DNA of 41,194 nucleotides, taken from assembly GCA_964611315.1 (NCBI GenBank), contig CAZSYW010000004.1:1-41194 (forward strand), in the 5' to 3' direction. The notes under the pieces are model-generated. The model saw only the letters and a program-made list of their open reading frames with translations. It made no database searches and was not told the DNA's origin. Below are positions 38,143 to 41,194 of this stretch, piece after piece. Source of the stretch: an uncultured Rhodospirillaceae bacterium. GTDB taxonomy: Bacteria; Pseudomonadota; Alphaproteobacteria; UBA7887. Every line of letters starts with the position of its first letter. Within the stretch, counting starts at the first letter, position 1. The translations under genes and the position numbers were made by a program.

Positions 38143-38796
38143 GTGCCCGAAGTCATTTTTAACGGCCCAGAGGGCCGCCTGGAAGGCCGGTATCAACACG
38201 GACGCGGTGAGAATCCACCCGTTGCACTTGTGCTGCATCCACACCCGCAACATGGCGGGAATATGAATAATAAGGTTGTGTACAGCGTCTTTCATGCGTA
38301 CACATCCATGGGTTTTTCCACGCTCCGGTTTAATTTTCGTGGCGTGGGACGTAGTCAGGGCGAATATGATTTTGGAACGGGCGAACTGAGTGACGCCGCG
38401 TCAGCACTTGATTGGATGCAAAGTTTTAACGCAGATGCTCGCGCCTGTTGGATCAGCGGTTTTTCGTTCGGTGCCTGGATCTCATTTCAGCTCTTAATGC
38501 GCCGGCCTGAGATTACGGGATTTGTCAATATTGCGCCGCCGGCGAATATCTTTGATTTTTCATTTTTAGCCCCGTGTCCTGTTTCTGGTATGGTCATTCA
38601 AGGTACTGCAGACGAAATTGTGCCAGAATCTGACGTAGCTAAGCTTGCGGAGAAGTTATCCAGTCAACGTTATGTTGATATTGATTATGTGAAGATGCGT
38701 GGCGCGGATCACTTTTTTGCCAACTACCTTGACAGGATAGCTGATCGGTCCAAAAAATACGTTATTAAACGTATGAAAGAATTGGGGAAAAACTAA
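38143..38796 (+). CDS. Alpha/beta-fold hydrolase, conserved family of unknown substrate
   Basis: It has LVLHPHPQHGGNMNNKV, FNFRGVG.S.G, a nucleophile-elbow-like GFSFGA and a C-terminal ADH. A GTG start follows GGGAGGAG. Confidence 0.7.
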   Translation: MPEVIFNGPEGRLEGRYQHGRGENPPVALVLHPHPQHGGNMNNKVVYSVFHAYTSMGFSTLRFNFRGVGRSQGEYDFGTGELSDAASALDWMQSFNADARACWISGFSFGAWISFQLLMRRPEITGFVNIAPPANIFDFSFLAPCPVSGMVIQGTADEIVPESDVAKLAEKLSSQRYVDIDYVKMRGADHFFANYLDRIADRSKKYVIKRMKELGKN

Positions 38797-38913
38797 GGTA
38801 GATGTTTCTTGTGAGCCACTCATGTTGGCTGCATGGGTCGTCAGATGTGGAAGTTTAGAGTGAAGACCAAGAGAAATGTCAAGTTACTTAGGCTGAACTG
38901 GCGTGGCTCGTTT

Positions 38914-40023
38914 TCATTGAGATCTTTGTTGCGCCACCTGAAATAAACGCCCTCCTGTTGTGGGGGTGCTAACACCGGTGGTGGTTGGAAAACTAATAGG
39001 AAGACCGTATCTGCTTCGCACCGCAAGAAAGGCAAACAGTTGCGCTTCCATCGCGTCGCCGTTCCAACCAACCGATTCAACAGGCATTACAGGAATTTTT
39101 AATTCCGCTTGCAAAGTTTTCATCAGGGTCACGTTTTTTCTACCGCCTCCGCATACTAAGACTTGGCTCGGCAATTCAGGAAGAAATTTCAAGGCAGTGC
39201 GTGTGGCTTGTGCCGTAAAGGCGGTCAGTGTAGCAGCACCATCTGCGGGGCTCGTCTTTGCCAAAGCTCGCATTGCGTGTTCACTAAAATAATTTCGATC
39301 AAGCGACTTGGGAACAGCCCGATCAAAATAAACATCGCTGAGGAGTACTTTAAGTGCATTTTCCTCTATTTGTCCTGTGGCTGCTAATGCCCCCTTAGGG
39401 TCCATCTCTTGTTCTGTGTGTTGCCGCATCCAGTCGTCGATAAGGGCGTTACCGGGTCCAGTGTCAAAAGCAACCATCTCCTCTGCACTTATCCAGGTTA
39501 AGTTTGCCACACCTCCAATATTTAGGATGCACAAGGGCGTACTTAAGTTTTTCGCCATTGCCCTGTGAAAGACTGGGGCCAAGGGCGCTCCCTCGCCACC
39601 GTGTGCCATGTCGGCAACTCGAAAATCAGCTACCACATCGATTGAAAGTTCATTGGCTAAGCGTTGCCCATCACCAATTTGCCAAGTCTTTCCGTGTAAG
39701 GGGTCATGCATTATAGTGTGTCCATGAAAGCCGATTAGGTCGACCTCATCTGATTTGATGCTGTGCTGGCTTAAGAAGTCTCTTGCCGCGATGATGTGGG
39801 ACGTAGTCAATTGGGCTTCAGCGGCAGTTACGTCGCCCCCGCCTCCTAGGGTAGCACGAATTTGTTCGCGAAGTGAGTTGCTATAAGGCACGGTGCTTGT
39901 TGGTCCGAAGTTTGTTACTTTCTCGCCATCGGTGGTTAAAAACGCAATATCAATACCGTCCAGGGAGGTTCCACTCATGAGGCCAAGTGCGGAAATAGGA
40001 GTAAAATGACTGTTTTCGTTCAC
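38914..40023 (-). CDS. anmK: Anhydro-N-acetylmuramic acid kinase
   Basis: It has GLMSGTSLDGIDIA, IGFHGHTI, NIGG(V)AN, DTGPGNALID and GGG..N motifs. It is 369 aa long. Confidence 0.85.
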   Translation of the reverse strand: MNENSHFTPISALGLMSGTSLDGIDIAFLTTDGEKVTNFGPTSTVPYSNSLREQIRATLGGGGDVTAAEAQLTTSHIIAARDFLSQHSIKSDEVDLIGFHGHTIMHDPLHGKTWQIGDGQRLANELSIDVVADFRVADMAHGGEGAPLAPVFHRAMAKNLSTPLCILNIGGVANLTWISAEEMVAFDTGPGNALIDDWMRQHTEQEMDPKGALAATGQIEENALKVLLSDVYFDRAVPKSLDRNYFSEHAMRALAKTSPADGAATLTAFTAQATRTALKFLPELPSQVLVCGGGRKNVTLMKTLQAELKIPVMPVESVGWNGDAMEAQLFAFLAVRSRYGLPISFPTTTGVSTPTTGGRLFQVAQQRSQ

Positions 40024-40106
40024 GATTTCTCCATGAACTCGGATAGCGTCGTCAGTGTGCGTATGTTAAGAGCCCGTTAGGGTAGTCGTTTTTAGTAATT
40101 TAATAA

Positions 40107-41194
40107 ATGTCGTCGGTTATGCCTGATCTTCAAACAGAGTTTCTGCGTACTATTAAAGAGCGCGGTTATTTGCACCAGTGTACTGACCTTGAGGGGTTGG
40201 ACACCGTCGCAGCTGCCAAGTCCATAATTGGCTATATTGGCTTTGATTGCACTGCGGATAGTTTGCATGTGGGGAGCTTAGTGCCAATTATGATGCTGCG
40301 CCATCTTCAGAAAACTGGAAATAAACCTATTGTACTGCTCGGGGGAGGTACGACAAAGGTGGGCGATCCGTCCGGAAAAGATGACGTACGGAAGTTACTC
40401 ACAGACGATGAAATAGGATCTAATTTGGAGGGTATCCGGCTAGTCTTTGAGCGTTTTCTAAAGTTCGGAGAGGGCCCCACAGACGCACTTTTGGTTAACA
40501 ATGCTGAGTGGCTGAGCGACCTCAATTATGTTGATTTTTTGCGAGATTACGGCCGGCATTTTTCTGTGAACCGGATGCTGAGCTTCGATTCAGTCAAACT
40601 CCGGCTTGAGCGTGAGCAGCCCCTAAGTTTTCTCGAATTTAACTATATGGTGTTCCAAGCTTACGATTTCGTGGAACTCGCAAATCGATACGAGTGCGTT
40701 TTGCAAATGGGGGGATCTGACCAGTGGGGCAATATCGTTAATGGGGTAGACCTAGGTCGTCGTGTTGCTAATAAAAGTTTGTTCGGTTTGACTTCCCCTT
40801 TGCTGGAGACGGCGTCCGGTCAAAAGATGGGAAAAACGGCCTCCGGTGCTATCTGGTTAAACAAAGAAAAGCTATCGGGTTATGATTACTGGCAGTTCTG
40901 GCGAAACGTGGATGATGCAGACGTAGGTCGGTTTCTTCGCTTATTTACAGATGTCCCGATCAGTGAAATCCTTCGCCTTGAAGGCTTGTCCGGAGCAGAA
41001 ATTAATGAGGCGAAAATGTTGTTGGCTGATGAGGCCACTAGGCTTTGCCATGGGGCCGCTGCGGCGTTATCTGCAGCAGAAACGGCGAGGGAGACATTTG
41101 AACGCGGTCGGCTGGGCAGTGATTTGCCTTCATTCGATTTGTCCAAACGGACCTTGTTTGATGGAATTGGCCTTCTCGACGCATTTGAGCTTAG
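40107..41194 (+). CDS. tyrS: Tyrosine--tRNA ligase, 3'-truncated by the window edge
   Basis: I translated this by hand; it is not in the ORF track because no stop is reached. It has [17 protein letters not shown] (HIGH-type), [11 protein letters not shown] and KMGKT (KMSKS-type). The start is ATG 40107 or the in-frame ATG 40119. Confidence 0.9.
   Translation, partial: MSSVMPDLQTEFLRTIKERGYLHQCTDLEGLDTVAAAKSIIGYIGFDCTADSLHVGSLVPIMMLRHLQKTGNKPIVLLGGGTTKVGDPSGKDDVRKLLTDDEIGSNLEGIRLVFERFLKFGEGPTDALLVNNAEWLSDLNYVDFLRDYGRHFSVNRMLSFDSVKLRLEREQPLSFLEFNYMVFQAYDFVELANRYECVLQMGGSDQWGNIVNGVDLGRRVANKSLFGLTSPLLETASGQKMGKTASGAIWLNKEKLSGYDYWQFWRNVDDADVGRFLRLFTDVPISEILRLEGLSGAEINEAKMLLADEATRLCHGAAAALSAAETARETFERGRLGSDLPSFDLSKRTLFDGIGLLDAFEL

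Noticed and set aside
40024-40106. T-box or other leader upstream of tyrS (and alaS)
   Set aside because: The spacer is only 83 bp and holds no specifier hairpin or T-box sequence. I do not expect T-box control in an alphaproteobacterium-like genome.
1-41194. CRISPR arrays, IS elements, prophage or defence-system genes
   Set aside because: I noticed no regularly spaced direct repeats and no transposase, integrase, nuclease or ATPase-type accessory genes. Nearly every ORF has a housekeeping or metabolic assignment.

Overview
By gene content and local synteny (an inference, no search was possible), this window looks like core chromosome from an alphaproteobacterium-like organism, not an accessory island. 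It is densely coding, with about 39 protein genes and one tRNA. I found no integrase, transposase, CRISPR array, toxin-antitoxin pair or recognisable defence gene, and I cannot point to a convincing new system. The findings are moderate-interest oddities of gene organisation and sequence. Left to right, the content is as follows. (1) A branched-chain amino-acid/acyl-CoA catabolic region holds a 3-hydroxyisobutyrate-dehydrogenase-family gene, ivd, an SDR, a thiolase, an acyl-CoA dehydrogenase, and mccB and mccA. It is interrupted by an 830-aa Na+/H+ exchanger fused to a cyclic-nucleotide-binding domain, and queF is wedged between mccB and mccA. (2) A complete pqqABCDE operon follows; its 24-codon pqqA is too short to appear in the supplied ORF track. 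(3) Next come a LysM envelope protein, a polytopic membrane protein, a LOG-family protein and icd. (4) Then alaS and recA lie in tandem, followed by two orphan genes and a tRNA with a CAU anticodon. (5) After a TviB-type nucleotide-sugar dehydrogenase and mnmA comes a cysE/NifS-like/IscS/ferredoxin module with no Fe-S scaffold or chaperone genes. (6) The window ends with an alpha/beta hydrolase, anmK, and a tyrS that runs off the right edge and is also missing from the ORF track. Other points are a glutaredoxin-DinB fusion, a degenerate Cys motif in PqqB, imperfect GTTC-N7-GTTC-like boxes upstream of recA, and several intergenic inverted repeats. All functional calls rest on motifs I recognise in the translations; no database search was run.
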